Assembly (NCBI RefSeq): GCF_004010195.1
Contig: NC_057711.1
Coordinates: 141,874,395 to 141,938,394 of the forward strand
Source of the DNA: Chiloscyllium plagiosum
Taxonomy: Eukaryota
DNA: 64,000 bases
Reading direction: 5' to 3'
Position numbers and translations under genes: made by a program
Notes under the pieces: model-generated
The model's input: only the letters and a program-made list of their open reading frames with translations
The model's database searches: none
What the model was told of the DNA's origin: nothing
Part shown: positions 12,532-23,550 of the stretch, piece after piece
How positions within the stretch are numbered: position 1 is the stretch's first letter
How the letters are laid out: each line of letters begins with the position of its first letter

Positions 12532-12570
12532 TGCAGGCTGAGTTGGAAGAGAAGCTATCCTTCCTTTTCC

Positions 12571-12654
12571 ATCACAGATGACATCCAGTGTGACTCTGAC
12601 AAAGATAAACTTTCCTTCTTCTTTGTCAGAGTCACACTGGATGTCATCTGTGAT
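12571..12654. repeat. Perfect 35-bp inverted repeat with 14-nt loop
   Basis: ATCACAGATGACATCCAGTGTGACTCTGACAAAGA (12571-12605) and its exact reverse complement (12620-12654). Confidence 0.95.
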
Positions 12655-12747
12655 TTTGATCAGAGCTGTTTCATTACTATGGCAGGATAGAAATTTGATT
12701 GAAAAGATTCAACCATGCAGTCTCAGATGAGTTGTGCATTTATTATT

Positions 12748-14600
12748 GGGAGGGGGAGGGGGAGGACAGGGAGGAGGGAGAGGGGGTGNNNNNNNNNNNN
12801 NNNNNNNNNNNNNNNNNNNNNNNNNNNNNNNNNNNNNNNNNNNNNNNNNNNNNNNNNNNNNNNNNNNNNNNNNNAGGGGCGAGGGGAGGGGGCGAGGGGA
12901 GGGGAAGGGTGAAGTTTGGCAGAAAAGGTGGAGAAATGGGGAAGGGGATGGATGCAGTGGAGGTTGGGCAGAGGAGGGTGGAGAAATGGGGAAGGGGGAG
13001 GAGCAGGGGCGGAGCAGAGGAGGAGGCGGGAGTCAGAGGATGGGCATCAGCGGCGGCAGCTCCTCCTCCCGTGGCCGGTCTGTGGCGCTGCCTTAGAGGC
13101 TCGGGTTGAACCTGGAGGTGGGGTAAGAGCGACAGGCTCCATCCCGAGAGGGGGTGAAGGCGGCGGCTTCTCCTCTTCACCCCCCTACCTACCCCACCCC
13201 AGCCCAGCCCACCGCGGCCAGTGAGAGAGTCCGGGTAAGATGCGGCTGCCGCCCGGGACTGGGAGGCCGCCATGGAGGGGAGGAGGAGGGAGGGAGCGGC
13301 TGAAGATGTAGGGGCAGGAGGGAGGCAGGCCGAGTCTCTCAGGATGTCCGAGAGCGGTAGCGGTAGCGGTGGCGGGGGGGGCCTGAAGACGGTGCGGGTC
13401 TGGCGCGAGGCGGCTCGCCGCTGCCGCAAACTCCGCGGCAACTGGCGGCAGTTGAGCGCGAGCGGCCCGCGCCTCAGCCTCCCCTCGGACATCGGGCACG
13501 TGCAGGTGCTCAACCTCGCCAACAACTCGCTGCTCGAGCTGCCCGACGGCCTCGACTCGTCGCTGTCCGAGCTGCGGGCGCTGATCCTGCGGAGGAACCG
13601 CCTGAGGCGCCTGCCCTCCCGGCTGTGCGGCCTGCCGCTGCTCGACGAGCTCGACCTGGCGCACAACTGCCTGGCGGCGCTGCCGGCCGAGCTGGGGGCG
13701 CTGGGCCGCCTCCGCCGCCTGTGCCTCAGCCACAACAAGCTGCAGCAGCTGCCGCCCGAGATCGGCGGCCTGTCCGCCCTCGAGGAGCTCGACGTCAGCT
13801 TCAACGAGCTGCGCCAGCTGCCGGCCAGCCTGGGCCTACTCGCCCGGCTCCGCGCCCTGGACGTCGACCACAACCGCCTGAGCCACTTCCCGCCTCAGAT
13901 CCTGCAGCTGGCCGAGCTGGAGGAGCTGGATCTCTCCGGGAACCAGATCCGGGCCCTGCCCCGGGACATCCCGAGGCTGCGCTCCGTCAAGATCCTGTGG
14001 CTGAGCAGCCTGCGCCTGTCGGCGTTGCCCGACACCTTCTGCGGCCTGGCCGCCCTCGAGAGCCTCATGCTGGACAACAACGGCCTGCGGGCCGTGCCCG
14101 AGCGCTTCGGCGAGCTGCGCCGCCTCAAGATGATCAACCTGTCGTCGAACCGCCTGGAGGAGTTCCCCGGCGCGCTGCTGCAGCTCACCGGCCTCGAGGA
14201 GCTCTACCTCAGCCGCAACGAGCTGTCCGTCATCCCGGCCGGCATCGCCGCCTTCAGCAACCTGGCCGCCCTGTGGCTGGACAACAACAAGGTGCGCTTC
14301 CTGCCCGACTCCATCGTGGAGCTCTCCAACCTGGAGGAGCTGGTGCTGCAGGGCAACCAGATCGCCATCCTGCCTGACTCCTTCGGCAGCCTCTCCAAAG
14401 TCAGCCTCTGGAAGATCAAGGACAACCCCCTGATCCAGCCGCCCTACGAGGTCTGCATGAAGGGCATCCCCTACATCGCGGCCTACCAGAAGGAGCTGGC
14501 GCTCTCGCAGCCCGCCGTCAAACCCAGGCTCAAGCTGGTGCTGATGGGCTCCAAAGGCGCCGGCAAGACCTCTCTCAGGCAGTGCCTGGTTGGGAACGCA
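12748..14600 (+). promoter_or_regulatory. G-rich promoter and CpG island of MFHAS1
   Basis: Purine/G tracts, GGGGCGGAG Sp1-like box near 13006, very high CpG density extending through the LRR-coding region; N gap at 12789-12874. Confidence 0.75.
13240..13311 (+). other. Upstream ORF (23 aa) overlapping the first in-frame ATG
   Basis: ATG at 13240, out of frame with MFHAS1, reads MRLPPGTGRPPWRGGGGRERLKM then TAG ending at 13311. Confidence 0.5.
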
Positions 14601-16194
14601 CCGGGTGCCCCTGCAACTCACGCCAAGGGAATCGAGGTGACCCAGTGGGTGGCAGATGCTGAGAAAAACCTGACCTTCATTGTCTACGACTTGGCTGGGG
14701 ACCAGAACTATGATCTTATCCAGCCCTTCTTCCTCTCCCCGGGTGCACTGTACGTGCTGGTGGTCAGCCTGAGAGCCTATGCCCCCGATCGGTTTTACGA
14801 GCTGGTTGGCTATTTCTTGCACTTGCTCGGTGCCAGGGTCCCTCACGGGGTCGTGTGTGTGGTAGGAGCGCATGTGGACCAATGCAATGAGAAAGAGGTG
14901 GAGGAAAAGTGCCTGGACATCCATCATCAGATCGCACTGCAGGAGAAGAGAGATGTTGAGTTCATGCAGGCTGTGGCCGAGAAGGTGGATGGCGCACTGG
15001 GGCAAGAGTTTGACCTGCGAGCTACAAGCCCACATGCGCCCTTTTACGGAGTCTCTGATAAGAATTTGAGGAGAAAGAAGGCCCAGGTGCAGTACCTATT
15101 GAACAACCGTCTTCAGATCCTGTCCCCAGTTATCACTGTCAGCTGTCAGGGGGACCATGTTGGAATTACTCGCTTGAAGGAAAAGCTTCTTTCTGTGGCT
15201 GAACATAGAGAGATTTTCCCGAATCTGCATAGAGTCTTACCCAAATCCTGGCAGAGGCTGGAGGAACTGCATTATAAACCTCAAGAGCTCTGGCTTTCCT
15301 GGTGGGATTCTGCCAGGTTGGGATTACAAGCTGGTCTTACTGAGGACCGACTCCAAAGCGCCCTGTCCTATCTGCACGAAAGTGGCAAGCTGCTGTATTT
15401 TGAGGACAGTCTGACTCTCAAAGAGTGCGTCTTTCATAACTTGACCAAGCTGATTGACATCCTGAATGTCTTCTTCCAGCGCGATGCCTCAGTTCTGCTC
15501 CAGAAACTCTTGGCAGATGCCAATATTGATGAGCTGAGGGCAACACAACTGCACCATTATGTGGAGGGATTCCTGCTTCATGGACTGCTCCCTCTGCACA
15601 TTATTCGTCTGCTTCTCAAGCCGCATATTAAAACTCAGCAGGATCTTCATTTGATTCTGGAACTACTGGAGAAGATGGGACTCTGTTACTGCCTGAACAA
15701 ACCCAAAATTACTCCTATAAATGGTGTACCCATTTGGTTTAAATTCCCCTGTTATGTGAAAAATGAAGTTCCCCATGCAGAAGCCTGGATCAATGGGTCC
15801 AACCTTTCTGGACAACAGTTGGCAATCGAACAGCTCCAAGTGGAGTATAGTTTCCCTTTTTTGTTCCCACCAGGCTTATTTCCCAGATATAGTGTCCAGA
15901 TCAACTCTCATGTTGTACACCGGTCAGATGGCAAGTACCAGATCTTTGCTTACAGGGGCAAGGTTCCAGTGGTGATCAGTTACAGACCAACCCAAAGTAG
16001 CTTGCAAGCAGACACCTTATCTATTGCTAGTCATGCTTCTTTGCCAAATATTTGGACTGCATGGCAAGCCATAATTCCTCTGATGGAAGAACTGAATGTA
16101 CTCCTCCAGGAATGGCCGGGGTTATACTTCACTGTGCATGTCCTGTGCTCTAAGTGCCTTAAAAGAGGGTCTTCAAATCCTCACACCTTTCCAG
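13272..16194 (+). CDS. MFHAS1: MFHAS1/MASL1 ROCO-family protein (LRR-Roc-COR), first coding exon
   Basis: LKTVRVWREAARRCRKLR N-terminus; LxxLxLxxNxL repeats; KIKDNPLIQPPYEVCMKGIPYIAAYQKEL; P-loop GSKGAGKT (14547-14570); G3 DLAG; COR region. Ends HTFP G|gtaaga (donor at 16195, phase 1). ATG 13272 is in a GCCGCCATGG Kozak context; alternative ATG at 13344. Confidence 0.96.
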
Positions 16195-16443
16195 GTAAGA
16201 TATTTTGATAATTAGAAGCAACTATCTCAACACCTCTTGTATGTGTGATTCATTAAGCTTTAATGTTTATTTATTTGTGCTGTAGGAACGTTAGGTCTTT
16301 CAAATACTTCCAGCAGTGGAATTTCATTTTGCAATTATAGATGTGATGCTTCTTGAATCCCTTCCTGACTTTGTAACTATGTTTCTTTATTCCATGATCA
16401 ATAATTTTGGAAATATGGTCCATGGGCTGATTCATAATGTCAG

Positions 16444-16592
16444 GTGAAAGGGAGGACTGCAGATGCTGGAGATTAGAGTTGAGGTCAATTTTATCCTTAT
16501 TCCTGATGAAGGACTTTTATCGAAAACATCGATTTTCCTGCTCCTTGGACGCGTCTGACTTGCTGTGCTTTTCCCGCACCAGATTCTCGACT
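16444..16592. mobile_element. Short PLE terminal-repeat insertion with inverted segment and decayed hammerhead core
   Basis: CTGCAGATGCTGGAGAT (inverted tail), then TTCCTGATGAAGGACTTTTATCGAAAACATCG; flanking repeats CTGATTCATAATGTCAG and CTGATTCATAGTGTAAG. Confidence 0.7.
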
Positions 16593-18115
16593 CTGATTCA
16601 TAGTGTAAGTCATTGGTTCTGCCCGGTTGTCTTATGATTCATGAGCTGCACCAGTGCTAACCATTCTCCTTAGCAATTGCATGATGTTATAACCAGAATA
16701 ACTTTCTCAGATGTAGCATAGGCTGCCAGAACTGAAAACTACAACAATGTCTTATTAGCAAACCTTTACTGTTATCATATCCACTGTGATTTTCGCATAG
16801 CTAGGAGAAGTGAGTGTAAATGTTTGAGAGAGGAGAGAGAAACTTTGTGGGTGTCTCTTGAGAATCTGCGTATTTCCACAATCCCCAGCCTCTCTTTCTC
16901 AATACAAACTATGCAGTCTTCCTTTGGCCTGCCTTGCCTCATCCAATGGAAATTACCCCACTGTCTAACACACATCTTACAAAAGCAGATGCACTGAGGA
17001 AGGGTCTTTTTCCTCAGGCGCTGCATGACCTGCTGAGTATTTCCCGCATGTTCTATTTTTTTAATTCCCACAGTGTTAATTTTCTCTCTTCATAGTCGTA
17101 GACACTTCTCTGACAACTTCTGTGCTCTAAGCTTTTTATTGCTTTGAAGTCTTTTCTGTAAAGGTCTATTCAGAACTATTCCTCATTGTGTTGGAATATT
17201 TTGCTTGTGGCATGCACTGCTTTTATGGTAAAGGTATAGTGTCTACTTCCTAACTGTTTAATGATTGTGGAACATATGATTAGGTATGACAGCTTCACTG
17301 ACTGCATTGGTTTGCATGCAGCACTAATTCTTGATTTCTCCTTTTAATATTCATGCTTGAAAGGTGTTGTAAATTTAGATTCTTGACTAATTGGGAGCAA
17401 AGGTAAGCAGCGCTGTCACAAGACTTGGATTTGGTAGAATCTTCCAGTTGGTGAGTGTTTTGGCTCTCTTTGTGGCTCAATGAGTTCATCCATTGAATTG
17501 TCGAATCGTGTTTGAACAGACATTTCTGATTCAGTCCTGGCCTGTGATTTCCCTTGGCAAGAAGAGTGCTAGATTTAAAGTTATTCCCTGTAATGGAAAG
17601 TGAATTATCTGAGGTTCCCAGTCCTGAAAACTTTTAAGTTACCACATCACTATTAAAAATTCAAGGTGGGTCTCTATATAGCTAGTTCTCCTTTAGAGTG
17701 AGTAAAACCCTGCATTCTCATTCCTGTATCCAGCAACCTGCTGGTTCAGGTGAGGGATTGAGGTAAGATCAACCCTGATGCCTTTGGGAAAGACTTAGCA
17801 TTGCTTCCAGACTCTAAAGTCAGGAGCCATATGTGTCAGGGGAGCCTATTGTCAGGGGAGCCTATGCAATGACAGACTTTGGAGTGGAGATCTTGGAAGG
17901 TGGTTAGTCTGTGGCATTCTCTTCCCCTGAAAGCAGGGCTGGCAGGGTCATCACATATCCTCAAGGATGAGTTGAACAGCCTTTTCCCTAGACCAGGGAT
18001 TCTAGGGATGTGTTGGGCCCAGTGGGAACAAGAGTTAAGACTACATTCAGATTAACTATAATCTTGTGTAATGGCAGAGCAATCTCAAAGGCTTGAATGG
18101 CCCACTCTTGTTCTT

Positions 18116-18431
18116 TAGATTAGATTCTTTACAGTATGGAAGCAGGCCGTTTGGCCCATCCGACCCTCCACAGAGTAACCCACCCAGACCCATTCCCCTA
18201 TCCTTTTTTACCCCTGACTAATGCACCTAACACTATGGGCAATTTAGCATGGCTAGTTCACCTGACCACATCTTTGGATTGTGGGAGGAAACTGGCACAC
18301 CTGGAGGAAACCCACGCAAACACTGGGAGAATGTGCAAACTCAACACAGACAGTTGCCTGAGGTGGGAATCTAACCTGGGTCCCTGGCGCTGTGAGGCAG
18401 CAGGGCTGACCAGTGAGCCATCGTACCGCCC
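18116..18431 (-). mobile_element. HE1-type V-SINE inserted in an older CR1 tail
   Basis: Same head, V-domain and tail as the other HE1 copies. Confidence 0.88.
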
Positions 18432-19719
18432 TTTGTTCCTATTGTTGCCTAGTAGTCCTGTACATTTGTATCCCTCACCAAATCATTCCAGAGCATGTTG
18501 ATTTTTTTTTGCTCCTTTTAACTAAATCGCTTAAATAACCAATCATGTGTGTGCCTCTTAACTACCTACCAATTCGGATTATGTTTAACCTGGTGTAATT
18601 AAACCACACTTACGAGAATGGAGTTTGACTGGTCCAGTGTCTCACTTGGGCCAGGCAGGGAGAATGGGCTTGTTCTGGTTACTTTGTCCATGACCTCTGT
18701 TTAATGTTTAACTGATCCACAAAGGATTCATCCTGCAACGGTCAATAGTTTCCTTTTAAAGTCCTACACATTGTTCAACGTAGTGCGTTTTGTGGGTACT
18801 GGACCAAACTTAAGACTTGCACTACAAAGGTTTTTCCTTTTAATGTTTAACCTCCTGTTGTGAATGGGAATGCATCAGGTGATTTTTCACTCGGGGGTTT
18901 GCCAGTGATGTTCATATGTGACCTTGGTTGTGGATGGCATGTAGAAGTATTAAGCAAATAGCCTTGTTATGACGTTCTGTCAGTAACAAACTTCACTCTG
19001 TTATTCCTTTAAACTGCCTTGTTGCAAGCATACTTTGTTCTTTTAGCTATATGGCCCAGTTTCCTTTTCTTTTCCCCATTCCTCCCCCCCGCACTCTGCC
19101 AACACCCATTAGTTTGCTATGTCGGTCTTTTTGGTGTCTGGCTTTGTTTTCTGCTGAGGAATTTATAGGGAGATACTGGCCAAGCAGATGTTCCTTTAGA
19201 AAAATAATCTGGGCCTCACTGAATTTAATGATAAGTAGTTTCCAACTAACTTGATCTTGGTTGAAAGCTTTGATCAGAAATTCATGCTTTGTGGTCACTG
19301 AGTCAGAACCAGGTGCAGTTGCTTTTAAACCAGCTGTAAATTACAGTACAGTGACATTCCTGAAGGTCATGGGTTCAAGCCTACCGAAAAGGTTTGAATG
19401 GGTGGCTCTGGGTCTTACTGAAAAAAGAATTGCATCTGAAGGAAGCATGTGCAAATTGGCCAGCAAACTCTGGTAAGGAAGATTGCAAATCATAAGCTGT
19501 TGGCAAATTTGAATCACACTACTGCTGCCGCCTTCACAAGAACAGCATCCTGTGCGTAATGTCTCTGTTTCATGAATTTTCTGTTTTGGGTAACACTCCA
19601 AAGGTTCTTGGACAATTTAAGTTGTGTAGTTAATGGGCAGTATTGTTTGAAAAATGATGACAATTGATTATCAAACCATTTCTCCTGCCTAAAAAGTTAG
19701 TGGTGATTAAGTACGAAGT

Positions 19720-21398
19720 TCAAAGTTTGTGTGAAGATTTGTAGCTCGACTGCTCGTTGTTGTGGTTCTGTTCGCCGAGCTGGAAGTTTTTGTTGCAAAC
19801 GTTTCGTCCCCTGACTAGGCGACATCATCAGTGCTTGGGAGCCTCCTGCGAAGCGCTTCTTTGATGTTTCCTCCGGTGTTTATAGTGGTCTGTCCCTGCC
19901 GCTTCCAGTTGTCAGTTTCAGCTGTCCGCTGTCGTGGTTGGTATATTGGGTCCAGGTCGACGTGTTTGTTGATGGAGTTTGTGGATGAATGCCATGCCTC
20001 TAGGAATTCCCTGGCTGTTCTCTGTCTGGCTTGCCCTATGATAGTAGTGTTGTCCCAGTCGAATTCATGTTGCTAGNNNNNNNNNNNNNNNNNNNNNNNN
20101 NNNNNNNNNNNNNNNNNNNNNNNNNNNNNNNNNNNNNNNNNNNNNNNNNNNNNNNNNNNNNNNNNNNNNNNNNNNNNNNNNNNNNNNNNNNNNNNNNNNN
20201 NNNNNNNNNNNNNNNNNNNNNNNNNNNNNNNNNNNNNNNNNNNNNNNNNNNNNNNNNNNNNNNNNNNNNNNNNNNNNNNNNNNNNNNNNNNNNNNNNNNN
20301 NNNNNNNNNNNNNNNNNNNNNNNNNNNNNNNNNNNNNNNNNNNNNNNNNNNNNNNNNNNNNNNNNNNNNNNNNNNNNNNNNNNNNNNNNNNNNNNNNNNN
20401 NNNNNNNNNNNNNNNNNNNNNNNNNNNNNNNNNNNNNNNNNNNNNNNNNNNNNNNNNNNNNNNNNNNNNNNNNNNNNNNNNNNNNNNNNNNNNNNNNNNN
20501 NNNNNNNNNNNNNNNNNNNNNNNNNNNNNNNNNNNNNNNNNNNNNNNNNNNNNNNNNNNNNNNNNNNNNNNNNNNNNNNNNNNNNNNNNNNNNNNNNNNN
20601 NNNNNNNNNNNNNNNNNNNNNNNNNNNNNNNNNNNNNNNNNNNNNNNNNNNNNNNNNNNNNNNNNNNNNNNNNNNNNNNNNNNNNNNNNNNNNNNNNNNN
20701 NNNNNNNNNNNNNNNNNNNNNNNNNNNNNNNNNNNNNNNNNNNNNNNNNNNNNNNNNNNNNNNNNNNNNNNNNNNNNNNNNNNNNNNNNNNNNNNNNNNN
20801 NNNNNNNNNNNNNNNNNNNNNNNNNNNNNNNNNNNNNNNNNNNNNNNNNNNNNNNNNNNNNNNNNNNNNNNNNNNNNNNNNNNNNNNNNNNNNNNNNNNN
20901 NNNNNNNNGCCAGTTTGTGTGATGGTGTCCCTGGTAGTGATACTATGGGTCTGAGTGTGATGTCTGGTTTGTGTACTTTAGGTAATCCATAGAATTTGGG
21001 GGTGTTGTTGCTTTCCGGTTTCATTCTTTGTAGGTCGGCTCTGGTTATCTGTCCGTTTTTTTGTAGGTTCCTCAGTGTGTTGTTTATCCTATTGGTGAGC
21101 TGTGGGGTGGGGTCAAATTCCCTCTTTTGGTAGGTGTTGGTATCTTCAAGTAGTTGTTGTGCTTTTTGGATGTAATCAGATTTATCTAGGATGACCGTCA
21201 TTCTGCCTTTATCTGCTGGTAGTATGATTATGTTCTTATCGTTTCTTAGTGATTTCAGTGCTTCCCTCTCCTTGGTGTTGAGGTTATGTGTTTGTCTTTT
21301 CCTTATTATCATAGGTACGACAGTTTGTCTCACTGTTTGTTGTGTCTCTTCTGTCAGTCCATTGTTCTTGAGTGTGCATTCTAGTGCTGCTAGAAGTC
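19720..21398 (-). mobile_element. Penelope-like element (Poseidon/Penelope-type), 5'-truncated, gap at 20077-20908
   Basis: IIILPADKGRMTVILDK and PKFYGLPKVHKPDITLRPIVS; GIY-YIG C-terminus (REFLEAWHS) and terminal repeat at 19720-20076. Confidence 0.92.
19795..19834 (-). ncRNA. Minimal type I hammerhead ribozyme motif
   Basis: GCA-CUGAUGA-U-GUCGCCU(AGUC)AGGGGAC-GAAAC-GUU-UGC: intact core, stem II, 3-bp stem I, and helix III reduced to the palindrome AAACGUUU. Confidence 0.75.
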
Positions 21399-21887
21399 TT
21401 ATTTCCTTCAAGTTTCGAATTACTTAAGGAATTTTAAAAGTATATTTTTCTTTGCCTTTCTTACCTTCTATTGTTTTGAGTGGAATCTTAGAGTTACTGT
21501 GGGAGGGGGCTTGGGTTCCATCATCCATTCAGAGGTCTCAAGTTCCCAACAATCTTGCGGACAAAATAAATGTCTAAAACGTGAATGTGAATACATGAAG
21601 GATGTTAATGATGGTTTGCCACCTGCTCTATCAGAATCTGAGCTACAGTCTTTCCATTTTCTTTACATTCTTTCATGGGATGAGTGTGTCACTAGCAGCA
21701 TTTGTTGCTCATTCTTTGCCCTCAAAATGATGGGAGTGAACTACCTTCTCAGCCCACTGCAACTCATCCAGTGTAGTTGCGTGAACTGTGACTATTCAGG
21801 AGTTGATTAGGAGAACTGAATGGCTTGCTAAGCCTTTTCAAAGAGTAGCTAGGAAACAGTCATATGCTGAAGTACCATGTAGACCAG

Positions 21888-22196
21888 ATTAGATTACATT
21901 ACAGTGTGGAAACAGGCCCTTCGGCCCAACAAGTCCACACCAACCCGTCAAAGCGCAACCCACCCCATACCCCTACATTTACCCCTTACCTAACACTACG
22001 GGCAATTTAGCATGGCCAATTCACCTGACCTGCACATCTTTGGACTGTGGGAGGAAACTGGAACACCCGGAGGAAACCCACGCAGACACTGGGAGAATGT
22101 GCGAACTCCACACAGTCAGTTGCCTGAGGCGGGAGTTGAAGCCGGGTCTCTGGCGCTGTGAGGCAGCAGTGCTAACTACTGTGCCACCGTGCCGCC
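21888..22196 (-). mobile_element. Full-length HE1-type V-SINE
   Basis: Begins GGCGGCACGGTGGCACAGTAGTTAGC on the minus strand; TSD ACCAG at 21883-21887 and 22197-22201. Confidence 0.92.
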
Positions 22197-23009
22197 ACCA
22201 GCTTTGATAAGTATGGAGTTTGTTTTTTTTTGCAACAGGAACACCCTGACTGTAGCACCAGCCAGCTCCGAGCCAGTCCCCTGTGGTAGTGCTTATATTT
22301 TTGGAGTTTCTTCTTTAAAGGATATTGACAAATTATAGAATGGTTACAGCAAAGACAGGCCATTTAGCCCTATGAAGAAGCAATTTGCCTAGTGCTGCTC
22401 CCTCCTTTTATCTGGGGCCCTGAAAATGTTTCCTTCTTTGCAACTGATCCAATTTCCTTTTGAAAGCCTCAGTTGATCCTCGCTCTGCCGTATGGGTTTT
22501 TGCAACAATCAGATTTGCTTCCTGCTATAAGCATAAAGCTATGGCCTGGTGGTATTATTGCTAGACTATGAATTCAGAGTCTTATAATATTTTTCATTAT
22601 TCTGTATAGGCCCTTGATGTGTGCATATTGTCTGAAATTGAGGGAAACACAGCAGCACTTGAGAATTATTCTCTTGCTGTGAAGTGCTTTGTGACACCCG
22701 GACTATGTGAAACATGATTAATAAAAGCAAACTTATTTCATTTTGCATTTTGGCTCTCAAGCTTGGTAGTAGGTTTCTCACTTGAAAATGCTCGGTTGTA
22801 ATTGGCAGTGTAAGAGGAAGATGATACAGCAGTATCAATATGCCACCAGAAGTGGGTTTAACCACTTGAATGATGCACTGGAATAGATGAGAAAAGAAAA
22901 TCACTGATGCAAAACAGTTGCACTGCAAGTTGCATAACTCTGCTTAAGCTATCAGGACTGATCAATGATGCTGTATCGTTTAAAAAAAAATTTAATGGGA
23001 ATGAAATTT

Positions 23010-23142
23010 ATAAGGGGGTCAAGGGTTACTAGGTGAAGGTAGGAGGATGGGGTTAAGAAACACATCAGCCATGATTGAATGTTGGAGCAGGCTTGATGGG
23101 TCGAATGGCCTAATTCTGCTCCAATGTCCTACGGTCTTATAA
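23010..23142 (+). mobile_element. CR1 LINE 3' tail fragment
   Basis: ATCAGCCATGATTGAATG...GATGGGTCGAATGGCCTAATTCTGCTCC stem-loop tail. Confidence 0.7.
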
Positions 23143-23341
23143 TGTAATCTTTAATTGGATGTAAAGTTTACTTATTTTTATGTTCTTCAGGTCCCCTTGG
23201 TAGTTTCTAATGTTTTTAGATTTTGTGCATTAGTTATGTAACGACACCTGGCATACTTTTAAATGCCAAAACTTTAATCTCCCAGGAGATTATTTTCACA
23301 CTAGTTTCATGCTCCATTTCAAATGATCATTCAAGTTATTA

Positions 23342-23550
23342 GTGGGTCGGTTAGCTCGGTTGGCCAGATGGCTGGTTTACAAGTGCCAGCAGCATGGGTT
23401 CAGTTTCTATACTAGCTGAGGTTGTTATGAAGCTTCATCTGTCTCAACCTCTTTCCCCATACCTGGTGGTAACCTTCAGGTTAAACCACCATGAAGTGTC
23501 TTTCTCTAATAAGACAGCAGCCTCTGGTCTGTTAAGACTATGGTGACAGC
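23342..23550 (+). mobile_element. tRNA-derived SINE, family unidentified
   Basis: A-box-like TAGCTCGGTTGG, B-box-like GGTTCAGTTTC, tail GACTATGGTGAC. Confidence 0.55.

Noticed and set aside
13272-14570. Bacterial or horizontally transferred LRR/Roco gene, or a retrocopy, suggested by high GC and lack of introns
   Set aside because: The protein closely resembles vertebrate MFHAS1, whose first exon is natively about 3 kb.
12743-15035. Antisense and alternative-frame ORFs (376, 399, 250, 182 aa) over MFHAS1
   Set aside because: Shadow ORFs caused by extreme GC3; low-complexity products.
16195-16209. Single-exon MFHAS1 ending in KIF-stop
   Set aside because: Read-through past a consensus splice donor at the conserved exon 1 boundary.
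17834-17865. 16-bp tandem duplication TGTCAGGGGAGCCTAT x2
   Set aside because: Simple slippage-type duplication with no other signal.
20031-21411. Long ORFs spanning N runs (also at 6299, 12789 and 31428)
   Set aside because: Their length is an artefact of assembly gaps.
22110-22196. tRNA genes at SINE heads (also 33120, 47890, 50080)
   Set aside because: A/B boxes continue directly into SINE bodies; no complete cloverleaf.
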